Shown here: one piece after another, positions 33,709 to 43,167 of the stretch
Layout of the letters: each line of letters starts with the position of its first letter
Numbering within the stretch: the first letter of the stretch is position 1
IMG/VR virus record: IMGVR_UViG_3300025121_000282
Span: 186,001 to 250,000 of that record
Direction: 5' to 3' (one strand)
DNA: 64,000 nt
Made by a program: the position numbers and the translations under genes
The notes under the pieces: generated by a model
What the model was told of the DNA's origin: nothing
The model's input: only the letters and a program-made list of their open reading frames with translations
Database searches by the model: none

Positions 33709-34959
33709 GTGTCTTACTCAATTCACGAAGTCCTGGGGATTCCTGTTATTTTCAATACCACAGGCACACCGATGGTATCTGTAAGGGTCATTGTGAATGC
33801 GGGTAGTACCCATGAGGACGTCCCTGGTACTGCTCACTTTTTGGAGCACATGTTTTTCAAGGGTTCCGAAAAGAGAGGTTATGAAGAGATAAACCGTATT
33901 GCGGCCAGAATGGGCAATACGAATGCGTACACGTGCCCCAACCGAACAGTGTTCACCATAGATACCGTAGAAGGAAAAGTCTTGGAGGCTCTAGAGCTTC
34001 TGCTTGAAATGTTGTTTACACCCAAACTCGATCCTGCTGAGATAGAAAAAGAGCGGAGTGTAATTTTAGAAGAGTGGAGGGCAGGCGAGGACGACCCGGT
34101 GGGCTTTATGATAGAAAGCGCTGTGAACTTGGTGTCCCCCAATCGTAATGGCCGACCAGTTATTGGAACCGAAGACTCAATAAAAAGTATTACTGCAAAT
34201 ACCCTCAGGGATTTCAGGTCCAAAAACTATACCAGACAAAATTTGGCTATTGCTATTATTGGTGGAACCACAATTGATTCTGAACCAATAGACAGCGCAA
34301 TTGCAGGGTATGGGTGGTACCTTATCGACTCTAGCAAAAATGATATAGTTACACTAGAAAAGGACTTCAAACCCTGGGAAGAAGATCACAGCAGAGCCAT
34401 TACCCACGTGGCCGGTCAAGCTGGTATATGTCTATTTACACCCTGGGTCTCAGCAGCCGAGGACCAAAACCTCGCTAGCCATGTTTTGGCAAATATGCTC
34501 GGCGAGGGCATGCACAGCCTTCTATTTAATAGACTTCGAGAACAAAGTGGTCTCTGTTATGCCACGGGATGTTCACCCATGGGCTCGTGGGACGACCAGT
34601 CTCTTTTGTGTTATGCTCTTTTGAGTCCCGAGAATGTGATTCGGGGTGTAACAGAAATGAAAGCAGTTTTAGAAGAGCTTGCCCTAGGCCAGTTTGACGA
34701 CGACCTTTTAGAAATTAGTCTAGCTAACAGTTTGTTTGCCAGTGCATCCCGGTCCGAAACCGCTTCGGGGTGGGCTCAAACTTTTGTTGATGATTACTTC
34801 TACTTCGAAAAGGTAGGACTCATACCCGAAATCTTCCATGGGTATGACTTCATTACAAGTAGGCTAGGCTCCATGGACATGGTCCAACTGCGGGAAGAGA
34901 TTATTGTGATAGCCAAAAAGATGGTAACCCAGTCTTTGACAGTTGTTATGAATGGGTAA
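33709..34959 (+). CDS. M16 family zinc peptidase (insulinase-like)
   Basis: GTAHFLEHMFFKGS (HxxEH), NAYT, distal E...E, C-terminal SLLFNRLREQSGLCY. Confidence 0.92.
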   Translation: MSYSIHEVLGIPVIFNTTGTPMVSVRVIVNAGSTHEDVPGTAHFLEHMFFKGSEKRGYEEINRIAARMGNTNAYTCPNRTVFTIDTVEGKVLEALELLLEMLFTPKLDPAEIEKERSVILEEWRAGEDDPVGFMIESAVNLVSPNRNGRPVIGTEDSIKSITANTLRDFRSKNYTRQNLAIAIIGGTTIDSEPIDSAIAGYGWYLIDSSKNDIVTLEKDFKPWEEDHSRAITHVAGQAGICLFTPWVSAAEDQNLASHVLANMLGEGMHSLLFNRLREQSGLCYATGCSPMGSWDDQSLLCYALLSPENVIRGVTEMKAVLEELALGQFDDDLLEISLANSLFASASRSETASGWAQTFVDDYFYFEKVGLIPEIFHGYDFITSRLGSMDMVQLREEIIVIAKKMVTQSLTVVMNG

Positions 34960-35227
34960 ACTAGAAATACTTAAGGCTTTTGCTTTTGCCCATGCTATAA
35001 CTGTTACAACCCTAATGCTGTCAAGTAATTTTGTGCCATTGCTTGTGACAATTTTCTGGGGCATAGGAGTTGTAATTAGTGGTTTAATAGAATTCAGAAT
35101 CCGACATCGACCGGGTCCACCATGGCAGATTAGAGCCATGCTGGTCATAAGCGGGTGGGGTATGCCCTTACTAGCCGTTGTCGGGAGCATTGTTTATGCC
35201 TGCAAAAAGACTAGGATTAACCAGTAA
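34952..35227 (+). CDS. three-TM membrane protein
   Basis: Hydrophobic segments; coupled start. Confidence 0.7.
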   Translation: MGKLEILKAFAFAHAITVTTLMLSSNFVPLLVTIFWGIGVVISGLIEFRIRHRPGPPWQIRAMLVISGWGMPLLAVVGSIVYACKKTRINQ

Positions 35228-35248
35228 CCCGCTGCACGTAATTATAAT

Positions 35249-35464
35249 ATGCAGCACGACTCTTTAAACAAATTCAGACAATTTATCACTGAACAAATGA
35301 TTGCCCAGGGTATGTCCAGGTCTGATTTGTCCAGAGTTTTGGGTTTGCACAGGTCCAGGGTTACTAAAATTTTGGACCACGACGACAACCTAACTTTCAA
35401 AACCATGTACAGGGTGGCCCAGGCTTTGGGATACAAAATTGAAATCAACCTTACTAAAGAGTGA
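35249..35464 (+). CDS. XRE-family HTH transcriptional regulator
   Basis: GMSRSDLSRVLGLHRSRVTKIL...NLTFKTMYRVAQALG. Confidence 0.88.
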   Translation: MQHDSLNKFRQFITEQMIAQGMSRSDLSRVLGLHRSRVTKILDHDDNLTFKTMYRVAQALGYKIEINLTKE

Positions 35465-35811
35465 TACTTACAATGAACAAACCTGAAGAATTCCCCGATG
35501 GCAACGGGATCGTGTACCTGACGTCTCTGTTTATAATGCAAATTGAGAATAAGTTTGGTGAAGAAATACCCGCAGAAAAAGTAGACTTTGTTATAGACTC
35601 CATTGAAAGACATGCATCGGTATACGACGCCCTGATGGAGAAAGCCTTTAAGAAAGCCGGTGTTAAGACCCCGTCTGAAACTACAGGCGCGCTTCACCAA
35701 TCCGCTTTGGCACTGTGGGAGGTATGTTTTAGTTTAGCTATGTTGACCATGTTTAACAAGCAAACTTTGAGAGGTGTGAATAAGCTCATTTCTAAGAATA
35801 CGGAGGAGTGA
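35461..35811 (+). CDS. hypothetical protein
   Basis: GTGA coupling. Confidence 0.7.
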   Translation: MILTMNKPEEFPDGNGIVYLTSLFIMQIENKFGEEIPAEKVDFVIDSIERHASVYDALMEKAFKKAGVKTPSETTGALHQSALALWEVCFSLAMLTMFNKQTLRGVNKLISKNTEE

Positions 35812-36134
35812 GAGTGTTTATCAAGGCACAGTCTCCATCAAATTTAGAGGGCTCTGTAGGTGGTTATGACGAGACTTACACTACAGCACCAAGCTGCTAC
35901 CGTTGCCCATGTGGGGAATCTTGGCCCCTAGGTGTGCTCACTCACACAGGGTACCTACCGGCAGGGAGTCCTAAGCCCAAAGGGCCCAATGTTTGGAGCG
36001 AACAGATTACACAAGGACCCATACGGGTAAAGCGGTGGTTGGCGTGTGGGATGTGTATAAATACTGCAACTGGCATTGCGATAGAAGTACGAGACTTATT
36101 TCTTGAGCGTTACCCGCCCGGTACTGCAGATTAG
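35808..36134 (+). CDS. Zn-ribbon-like hypothetical protein
   Basis: CPCG and CGMC; coupled. Confidence 0.65.
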   Translation: MRVFIKAQSPSNLEGSVGGYDETYTTAPSCYRCPCGESWPLGVLTHTGYLPAGSPKPKGPNVWSEQITQGPIRVKRWLACGMCINTATGIAIEVRDLFLERYPPGTAD

Positions 36135-36547
36135 AGTATTTTACACAATATCCCAAATCTGTCTGGTTTCCCCACCAAACCAGCTTGGGATGGGTGGGGG
36201 TCGTGTACTATTTCCTCGTCCAACATAATCACAGCGTGCCTCAACCCTCTAGGACTTATCCCTGAACCAATGTAATGGACCACACTTGAGGTGCAAGGCT
36301 CTTCTTTGGTGTACATAAGCCAGAGCCCGTGTTTGGCTAAAAATGCTTCCTGTTCGTCCCAGTATTTGACCCCAAATTTTGCAAAATTGGGCACTTCTTC
36401 GATCGATAAGTCCAGTAAAGTTGCTATGCATGCTGCTTGACAATTACCCGGTTCAGAGCCGTCTGAACCGTCTCCGAAAGTGGTTTGAAATACAGGTGTC
36501 ACTTGAGATAACCTCCAATTAACCCACCCTAACTGTATAGAAAACAA
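36131..36547 (-). CDS. putative papain-fold (C39-like) peptidase
   Basis: GNCQAACIATLL, SPRGLRHAVI, VHDPHP give a Cys-His-Asp arrangement. Confidence 0.6.
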   Translation of the reverse strand: MFSIQLGWVNWRLSQVTPVFQTTFGDGSDGSEPGNCQAACIATLLDLSIEEVPNFAKFGVKYWDEQEAFLAKHGLWLMYTKEEPCTSSVVHYIGSGISPRGLRHAVIMLDEEIVHDPHPSQAGLVGKPDRFGILCKIL

Positions 36548-36561
36548 CTAGGAGTGTACCG

Positions 36562-36885
36562 ATGCTGATTGCCCCACCGGGTACAAAAGTAAAAACGCTT
36601 TCTTTGTGGAGGCTGAGTTTTTATTTTTGTCCAACAAATCGCAGAATTGGTAGACTAATGGACATTCAACCGCCCATTCCTAGCGAAAAATACTTGGACC
36701 CTTGGTACCAATCTGACCTATGCGCCCCTATTGTTATACCAGCAGAGTCAATTTTGGTCATAGACCGAATTTATTTTGAAAAGAAAACCTCCAAAGTAAT
36801 TTTAAAAATGATCCTGGGGCACTGTCAGTACCGGTTGCTGTGCACTTTGTCTGATATAAACCAAATGGAGTACGAGCTTGCTTGA
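36562..36885 (+). CDS. hypothetical protein
   Basis: AGGAG RBS. Confidence 0.7.
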   Translation: MLIAPPGTKVKTLSLWRLSFYFCPTNRRIGRLMDIQPPIPSEKYLDPWYQSDLCAPIVIPAESILVIDRIYFEKKTSKVILKMILGHCQYRLLCTLSDINQMEYELA

Positions 36886-37075
36886 AGAGATCGATGACGA
36901 AACTCTAGCGGCTTTTGCTGAGGGTAGACTAACTAAACCTGAGTATGACACCGTAACTCAAAAGTTATTAAGCCAAAACACAGCTAGAGCAGCATTTAGG
37001 GATTTGTACCCGCATGAGTACCGCAAATGGGAGAACGGAAATTGGAACAATCAGTATCCATTGACACAGTATTGA
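36878..37075 (+). CDS. anti-sigma-domain-like small protein lacking Zn ligands
   Basis: IDDETLAAFAEGRLT..E...V...L matches the N-terminal helices of RsiW/zf-HC2 anti-sigma domains. Confidence 0.55.
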   Translation: MLEEIDDETLAAFAEGRLTKPEYDTVTQKLLSQNTARAAFRDLYPHEYRKWENGNWNNQYPLTQY

Positions 37076-37305
37076 CAGCGTTTGTACACCAGTGTCACAT
37101 AGCCAAAAGAAGCGACCAAGAATCCTTATGCAATGTTGTGGCTACCATCCTGACTTTTTCGTTAAAAAAGATGGGCCCGACTTTAGATGGCTCTTTGCTA
37201 AAATTGTTAGATGGTACGGCGGCCTTGTTAGTGCATGACGTGATGCCACCAGAAAAGGTGCTTTCTGAACTAAAAATAGCCATTAACAACTTGTACATTC
37301 CATAA
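37027..37305 (+). CDS. hypothetical protein, start uncertain
   Basis: Open frame filling the gap. Confidence 0.5.
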   Translation: MGERKLEQSVSIDTVLTAFVHQCHIAKRSDQESLCNVVATILTFSLKKMGPTLDGSLLKLLDGTAALLVHDVMPPEKVLSELKIAINNLYIP

Positions 37306-37318
37306 GAAAGGTTGCGCA

Positions 37319-37624
37319 ATGTTTACACTTACTCCTAGACTCACCCATTGGTCTTTAGAGAGTCTGGCACACAGGCTTACGCGTATCAGAAGCGAAAACC
37401 CGTTTATGATTGACAGAGAATCTTGGTCGCTGGGGTCTGACAACAACGTGTGGCTTCACGCCGGGGGCGCCCCAGGAACATTTAGAATAAACAACAGGAC
37501 CTTTGACACCCCGCAGTTTATTGCATTTATGGCATTTGTCGCATTTGAAATTGGGGAAGTAACCAGTCCAGTCCCTGAGATGATGGAAAAACTGAGGCCA
37601 TACATAGTACCCCGAAAGTGGTAA
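37319..37624 (+). CDS. hypothetical protein
   Basis: AAGG RBS. Confidence 0.7.
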   Translation: MFTLTPRLTHWSLESLAHRLTRIRSENPFMIDRESWSLGSDNNVWLHAGGAPGTFRINNRTFDTPQFIAFMAFVAFEIGEVTSPVPEMMEKLRPYIVPRKW

Positions 37625-37625
37625 A

Positions 37626-37901
37626 ATGAGATACAATCAAAAAGTAGCTGACGAGTTGTGGACGCAGTATAGCCAGCATGTACGGGTGTCCATGCTGTTG
37701 TGCGGCATACTAGTGCTTGCGTGCCTTTTAAACAGTGTAGCAGGATACATGGGATATTCCAATACATCGATGTCCCTTTGGGCCATTTCTGCTGTATTGT
37801 TTGTTGTTTTGCTGGTGTATGATCAGCGCAGGAGAACCTCAAGAGACAAATGGCGTTCATATACATTTTCGCTTGAGACGAACGAAACTGATAGTCTTTA
37901 A
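37626..37901 (+). CDS. two-TM membrane protein (holin-like topology)
   Basis: Two hydrophobic helices, basic C-terminal region. Confidence 0.65.
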   Translation: MRYNQKVADELWTQYSQHVRVSMLLCGILVLACLLNSVAGYMGYSNTSMSLWAISAVLFVVLLVYDQRRRTSRDKWRSYTFSLETNETDSL

Positions 37902-38244
37902 ATCCCATCAAAAACTGAGGTGTCCTCAGAATAGAATCTCGCTTGGGAGGATGCGAGAAGGTACATAAACTCAAATCAAAGGATGACTAAAATGAAAGTC
38001 TTTAATTCGGTTACGTGGTCAGAAATATATAAGTACACAAACTCATTATCTGTCAATGGACCTGTTGGGCTCACCCCCATTGTATTTATAGACGCGGGTA
38101 CCCGCGTCTTTTGTAAATCAACAGGTAAATGACCTGTAAAAAGATTGTAGTAACTAGTAATACCAAAAATTTTGAAGGAGATAGTAAAAAGACTCTGGTT
38201 TGTGGTGAGACAAACCAATACATACTAAAGCTTGTTATTAGTAG

Positions 38245-38817
38245 GTGGTTGCAATGACAATACTGATCATGGCCACACTAATAAAAGCCTTCCTAGGAAC
38301 GCCAGAAGAAAGCCTTCCTAAATGTTCTGCGGCAACCCACAGATGGTGCCCAGAAAGAGCCAAGTTGTGGTCGTTACCTATAGACATGGCTATCAGGTAT
38401 ACTGGGACCAAAGTTAAGCGGTCTCAATTACAGGCCTTGGCTGCTATAGAGACAATACACGACCCTGAGGTGTATGCCAGGAAAAAAGACCCTACCGAGT
38501 ACCAACGAGGTCTTTACAGCATTATGTGCAAAGATGGGGATAAGGAAACTTGGGGTAGTCAAAAGTGGCTACATGTGCTGAGAAAAGCAGACCCTATGTT
38601 GCATGGCCTAAAATGTTCGGACATAGACAGTTCCAGCACTTGGTCTGTGTTTTTGCAAACAGTGTCCGCAATCAAGGTTTTGGAGTACATGAGTCCAGAT
38701 CTGGAACATGCAGCCACGGTAGTGTACGCTGGGAACAAAAAAAGTAAAAACCAAGAAATGAGGAAAGTTATGTTCAAAAGATTTACTAGGTACTTCGACG
38801 AAGTGCCAGAATTATGA
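38245..38817 (+). CDS. putative lytic transglycosylase (SLT-like) with N-terminal membrane anchor
   Basis: LQALAAIET..DP......RGLYSI resembles SLT motifs I/II; hydrophobic N-terminus. Confidence 0.5.
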   Translation: MVAMTILIMATLIKAFLGTPEESLPKCSAATHRWCPERAKLWSLPIDMAIRYTGTKVKRSQLQALAAIETIHDPEVYARKKDPTEYQRGLYSIMCKDGDKETWGSQKWLHVLRKADPMLHGLKCSDIDSSSTWSVFLQTVSAIKVLEYMSPDLEHAATVVYAGNKKSKNQEMRKVMFKRFTRYFDEVPEL

Positions 38818-39080
38818 GGATGTGGATGTGGCTATGCACTATTTTCACAATGGGCCTATCTGGGTGTGGCTCTGCCCCGATAAATCTACCTCGTCCCAAA
38901 AAAGAGTTGAACACGAGGGTGTATAAGTGCTCATTTTCCGATAAAAAAGAACACAACGAACTGTGGGTGAGTGTGGTAATTAAAGTAAGTGGAGCACTAA
39001 TAGATGTAAGTAATAGTGCGGGCTTGGGTTCTGATAGGATAGAACTCAAGGCTAGGTGTTCTGAAAGCTACATCAACTAA
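38814..39080 (+). CDS. lipoprotein
   Basis: Lipobox LSGC; ATGA coupling. Confidence 0.7.
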   Translation: MRMWMWLCTIFTMGLSGCGSAPINLPRPKKELNTRVYKCSFSDKKEHNELWVSVVIKVSGALIDVSNSAGLGSDRIELKARCSESYIN

Positions 39081-39324
39081 ACCTTACTAGTACAAGATAT
39101 CTCGTTACATATCTACGTTTTAATCCCCCCCCCCAATCTTCAGCTTCATTGTTTGTTAGTCCCAAACTTGTGTGCAATGAGGTTGGGACTGCTGTACCCA
39201 ATTGTGGGTAAGGCCTGATGTCAAACCAAGCAACAAACTGTATGGCTGTTGATACGTCAATAGACTGTATAATAGCCATAGTTGACACAACAAAACCCGC
39301 ACAAAGCAGGTGAATTGAGTACAT
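39073..39324 (-). CDS. small hypothetical protein with hydrophobic N-terminus
   Basis: Fills the gap between + genes. Confidence 0.4.
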   Translation of the reverse strand: MYSIHLLCAGFVVSTMAIIQSIDVSTAIQFVAWFDIRPYPQLGTAVPTSLHTSLGLTNNEAEDWGGGLKRRYVTRYLVLVRFS

Positions 39325-39712
39325 GGATCTTCAACAAAAAGCAGAGGAGATGTTTTCCAGATTGGCAAGCATCAATCCGATTCTGGCTGATTTGATTAAA
39401 GAGGCCGCCAAAACTGGGGAGGCCGCTATAGTAGACCACCTGAAGTCCAGGTTATCCCCATTTATGTCTGTTACTTTAGGTGAAAAGTCTAAGTATGGTG
39501 CAATGGTTACCATGATTATTCAAGCAGAGCAATTAATGAAACTTATAGAATCAGACTACAGTATACTGTCTCCTGCTCAAACCATTGTTGTAGTCAAAAA
39601 GAGTGTCAACACCGGTAATGATGCCCCAGACTTATCTGACCTGGATGAGCATACACGTTCTGCAGGCCCGGGTCCCGTAAGAGCGCCAATGGCGTTTGTG
39701 AAACCGGCCTAA
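39323..39712 (+). CDS. hypothetical protein
   Basis: 129 aa ORF. Confidence 0.7.
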   Translation: MDLQQKAEEMFSRLASINPILADLIKEAAKTGEAAIVDHLKSRLSPFMSVTLGEKSKYGAMVTMIIQAEQLMKLIESDYSILSPAQTIVVVKKSVNTGNDAPDLSDLDEHTRSAGPGPVRAPMAFVKPA

Positions 39713-39715
39713 ACG

Positions 39716-40237
39716 ATGGCACACATAAAAAGTATAATAGTAACTGATTCAGAAGTTAAAATGCCAGATTTGCCTATTGACCTAAAAAGGCCAGTAGGGG
39801 TAATAGTTGCGTCTGTAGACTCAGACACCTTGTCAAATTTGGCTGATGTATTCTGTAGTCACAATATTATAGTGTCAAATTTAGTTCCGAAGTTTTTAGT
39901 AATAGATAACAACGGAACTAGAATGGCGCTGAAATGTGTAGAGGACAAGCCCAAGTCGTGCTTGTTAAAGATAGACGGCTGCAACACAAATGTTTTTGTG
40001 TACCAAGTAGGTAATAGCTGTTTTGTATTGAGTGATCCGGACATAAATGACACCAATTTTATCGCGGACCACCTGCAAAAAGTTACACAAGCAATATACC
40101 TGGACAACCCGCTTTTAACCGGAAAACAAATACCGATAATATTCGGAAATTCTATTCGTTTATTGCAAACTGTTGGATGTCCCAACTGGTTTGTTGAGTG
40201 GCACTTGAGAGATAAGGACAATCAAAATGGCATGTGA
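39716..40237 (+). CDS. hypothetical protein
   Basis: 173 aa ORF. Confidence 0.7.
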   Translation: MAHIKSIIVTDSEVKMPDLPIDLKRPVGVIVASVDSDTLSNLADVFCSHNIIVSNLVPKFLVIDNNGTRMALKCVEDKPKSCLLKIDGCNTNVFVYQVGNSCFVLSDPDINDTNFIADHLQKVTQAIYLDNPLLTGKQIPIIFGNSIRLLQTVGCPNWFVEWHLRDKDNQNGM

Positions 40238-40823
40238 ATTTTGGCTTGCAGACGAAGTTAAAACAATTGCTGAGGGTTTGATTGCTGATGGTACTGACCA
40301 TTCGCATTTGGCCTCTGCAAAAATAGTATACATGTTTCGCGAGACACCCACCAAAAGGGGTGGCAAAATAGTGTATGCGACTATGTCCAAGATGTCTGCA
40401 ATGATGGCTGCACTCATCAGAGAGACGGAGACTTCTACTGAAGAAAAAATTAGTGGCCCAGACGCGATAGTGTTGGGCGCGTCAGTGTATACACCAGACA
40501 TAGCGGCTCAGATTGTGGCCGAGGGGACTTCTGAAGAGGATACACCGTCCAACAAGCCAAAAAGAGAAGAGTTTGTATTCTTAATGATGGTTGCGTGGGA
40601 ATGTTGGAAGGCTCTGGACGATAACAAGAAGAAAGCTCTGGTTGATCACGAATTGTGCCACGCCCAAGGCGAGGAAGACGAAGACACAGGTGACATGCGT
40701 TGGTTTACCATCGGCCATGACTATGAGGGGTTTTTATCAAATATAAAGAGATTTGGGTTCTGGACCCCAGAGTACCAGAGCATGGCAGACACTGTAGTAA
40801 AAATTGAAGACGAAAACTCGTAA
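40227..40823 (+). CDS. putative phage metallopeptidase
   Basis: ALVDHELCH...GHDYEGF...IKRFGFW (HExxH plus downstream HD-E). Confidence 0.8.
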   Translation: MACEFWLADEVKTIAEGLIADGTDHSHLASAKIVYMFRETPTKRGGKIVYATMSKMSAMMAALIRETETSTEEKISGPDAIVLGASVYTPDIAAQIVAEGTSEEDTPSNKPKREEFVFLMMVAWECWKALDDNKKKALVDHELCHAQGEEDEDTGDMRWFTIGHDYEGFLSNIKRFGFWTPEYQSMADTVVKIEDENS

Positions 40824-40846
40824 TCACTAACTAAGAGACAGAGGAC

Positions 40847-41038
40847 ATGAGAGAAGAAGCTGGAGAGCGTTTAAAAAATTTTCTTTTAGAGTACGAAGGA
40901 CTATGTAGGAAGTACAGGTGTGTACTGAACACCGAAAATTCTGAGGATGTAGTTCTTGTACCTTTAGAAGAATACGGACTCTATGGCAATTCTGAGTTAG
41001 AAAACCAAATCCGTAAGCTAGAATTATCCCTACCCTAG
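40847..41038 (+). CDS. hypothetical protein
   Basis: GAGGA RBS. Confidence 0.65.
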   Translation: MREEAGERLKNFLLEYEGLCRKYRCVLNTENSEDVVLVPLEEYGLYGNSELENQIRKLELSLP

Positions 41039-41066
41039 CCCCCCTGATTACACGTAGGACCGCAAA

Positions 41067-41750
41067 ATGCTTTTAGTAAAGCCAACAGCCATAATTGAGG
41101 CTGGGACATTTGGCAATGAGGCCTTGTCTATCATAGAACGTGCAGGTAGGACATGTTACAAAAGCGAGCCTAAGGGAGAGTCAGCTGCTTTTGTAAGACG
41201 CATACTCGATAGCCAGCACGAATCTGTGATAGAGCATGCAGGCTTCTCTGTCAGATTCGTTGTGGACCGGGGTGTTTCTCACGAATTGGTACGCCATCGT
41301 TTGGCAGCATTCAGTCAAGAGTCTACACGGTATGTGAACTACAGCCGTAAGGGTGGTGGACACTGTCAGTTCATTATACCCAGCTGGCTGAGCGCAGAAT
41401 TGTTTGAGGGTGAAAACACAGAAAAGGATTTTTATACTCCCGCTCAAAATGGCTCATACAGCCTTTCGGCAGTACAGTGGCTTACTGCTATGCAAAGTGC
41501 AGAGAATGCCTACAGGGACCTGTGTGCTCTAGGTTGGACGGCTCAACAGGCCCGAAGTGTGTTGCCAAATAGTGCAAAAACTGAATTGGTTATGACAGCC
41601 AATTACAGAGAATGGCGCCATGTATTCAAACTACGGACATCAAAACAGGCTCACCCTCAGATGAGAGAGGTTATGGCCCCACTTCTCGACCAGATTAAAA
41701 CACTGGTTCCGGTTGTGTTTGATGACATAAACTTGCACAAGACTGTATAA
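41067..41750 (+). CDS. thyX: FAD-dependent thymidylate synthase
   Basis: HESVIEH, SHELVRHRLAAFSQESTRY, ARSVLPN, AHPQMRE. Confidence 0.97.
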   Translation: MLLVKPTAIIEAGTFGNEALSIIERAGRTCYKSEPKGESAAFVRRILDSQHESVIEHAGFSVRFVVDRGVSHELVRHRLAAFSQESTRYVNYSRKGGGHCQFIIPSWLSAELFEGENTEKDFYTPAQNGSYSLSAVQWLTAMQSAENAYRDLCALGWTAQQARSVLPNSAKTELVMTANYREWRHVFKLRTSKQAHPQMREVMAPLLDQIKTLVPVVFDDINLHKTV

Positions 41751-41759
41751 TATAAAACC

Positions 41760-42176
41760 ATGCAATATGTAATAGACGTGCCTGAAACAGATGCATCACT
41801 AGTGTGGCAGCTAGTGATGCAATCCTTTATAAACAGCAGCAGGTACTCGGCATCAGAAATTAATTCTATTGAAATTAAAGTGTACCAAGAGTGGGATGAA
41901 GCCAAAAAGCGTATGTTTGTATTAGTACACAAACTTTTACAGAGTATGGACTATCTTAGTTTGGGGGCACTGCTGGGCCACTTTGGAAGACCGATTTTAC
42001 ACTCAGTAGAAGAGCGTAGATCAGCGGTGTCAGACTTGGTGGAAGATGGGATGATAGAGATTGTAAAGGTGTACAAAGATGACAAAGAATTAGAAGTCGT
42101 CTTAGTATGCCACCACAACGACAAAGTGAAACAGTTACTTCGCACCCTAATTAAAGGTGGGTCCAACAATGTCTAA
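41760..42176 (+). CDS. hypothetical protein
   Basis: 138 aa ORF; TGTATAAT just upstream. Confidence 0.7.
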   Translation: MQYVIDVPETDASLVWQLVMQSFINSSRYSASEINSIEIKVYQEWDEAKKRMFVLVHKLLQSMDYLSLGALLGHFGRPILHSVEERRSAVSDLVEDGMIEIVKVYKDDKELEVVLVCHHNDKVKQLLRTLIKGGSNNV

Positions 42177-43152
42177 CAATGCTTACAAAGGCGTACCGAA
42201 TCCTAAAAAAGATTCTGCGTATGCCTGTGAACTGAATGTACATTACTCTCAGAGCATCGGCTGGGGCGAAAAGACAAACGGGAAAGTAGTAGTTAAACCG
42301 CTACCGCCTCCATTGGATAAGTTATGTGGTCTTTTGGTTGACGACCCCATAGTAGCAATTAGTATTTTTGATTTTCAAACTGAATTTTCTGCCACTCACA
42401 CAGAGTCACCATTGGTGTGTGATGGCGTCATGGGGAATAAAACATTCTCGGTATTAAAGTCCACTTCTGTAAATCCTGTAGGGAGAGACTACATAGTACT
42501 AAACAAAGTACACGTTCCAGTGGACTTTAAGGTCATCTCATTTGATGAAAATGGCGGGTACTCATTTTACCCACACAGAAAAAATTATAGGTCGCGGGTT
42601 AACAAAATCACTGCCATAACGGTGCACTGGGATGCGGCACTATCGGCCATCTCGTGTTTCAACATTCTGTTGAGAAGGAATTTTTCCACACATTTCTGTG
42701 TGGACGTAGAGTGGGACGGTAAGAAACTTATACCTGTGGTTTATCAGTTTGGTGACCCATCGGACATGGTTACTCACCACGGTGGGTTTGTAAATGGTTG
42801 GACCATAGGGATTGATATATCTAATGCAGTAGACATGCAGTTTCAATCTAGCTATGTCTCCAGACTAAAAGTACCAAGACCCGTAGTGACCGGGTCTGTA
42901 CACGGCGATAAAAGCACTATACTAGGCTTTTATCCAGAGCAGAAGGCATGTCTCAAATCGTTGTGCCACGCTTTGATGAGAACCTACAACATCAAGCCTG
43001 TAGCGCCTACACACAAAGATACAATATCTCCTGAGGTATTCAAATCTTCCTGGTCCGGTGTTATGGGACACCTAAACTTAACAACCAATAAATGGGACCC
43101 GGGTCCGGAGTGGCCAAGTTTAGTGACTAGTATCGTTGATAGTTACAAATAA
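42169..43152 (+). CDS. N-acetylmuramoyl-L-alanine amidase (Amidase_2), probable endolysin
   Basis: ITVHWD, STHFCVD, IGIDIS, GVMGH...KWDPG Zn-amidase pattern. Confidence 0.85.
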   Translation: MSNNAYKGVPNPKKDSAYACELNVHYSQSIGWGEKTNGKVVVKPLPPPLDKLCGLLVDDPIVAISIFDFQTEFSATHTESPLVCDGVMGNKTFSVLKSTSVNPVGRDYIVLNKVHVPVDFKVISFDENGGYSFYPHRKNYRSRVNKITAITVHWDAALSAISCFNILLRRNFSTHFCVDVEWDGKKLIPVVYQFGDPSDMVTHHGGFVNGWTIGIDISNAVDMQFQSSYVSRLKVPRPVVTGSVHGDKSTILGFYPEQKACLKSLCHALMRTYNIKPVAPTHKDTISPEVFKSSWSGVMGHLNLTTNKWDPGPEWPSLVTSIVDSYK

Positions 43153-43167
43153 AATTAAGGTTACAAA

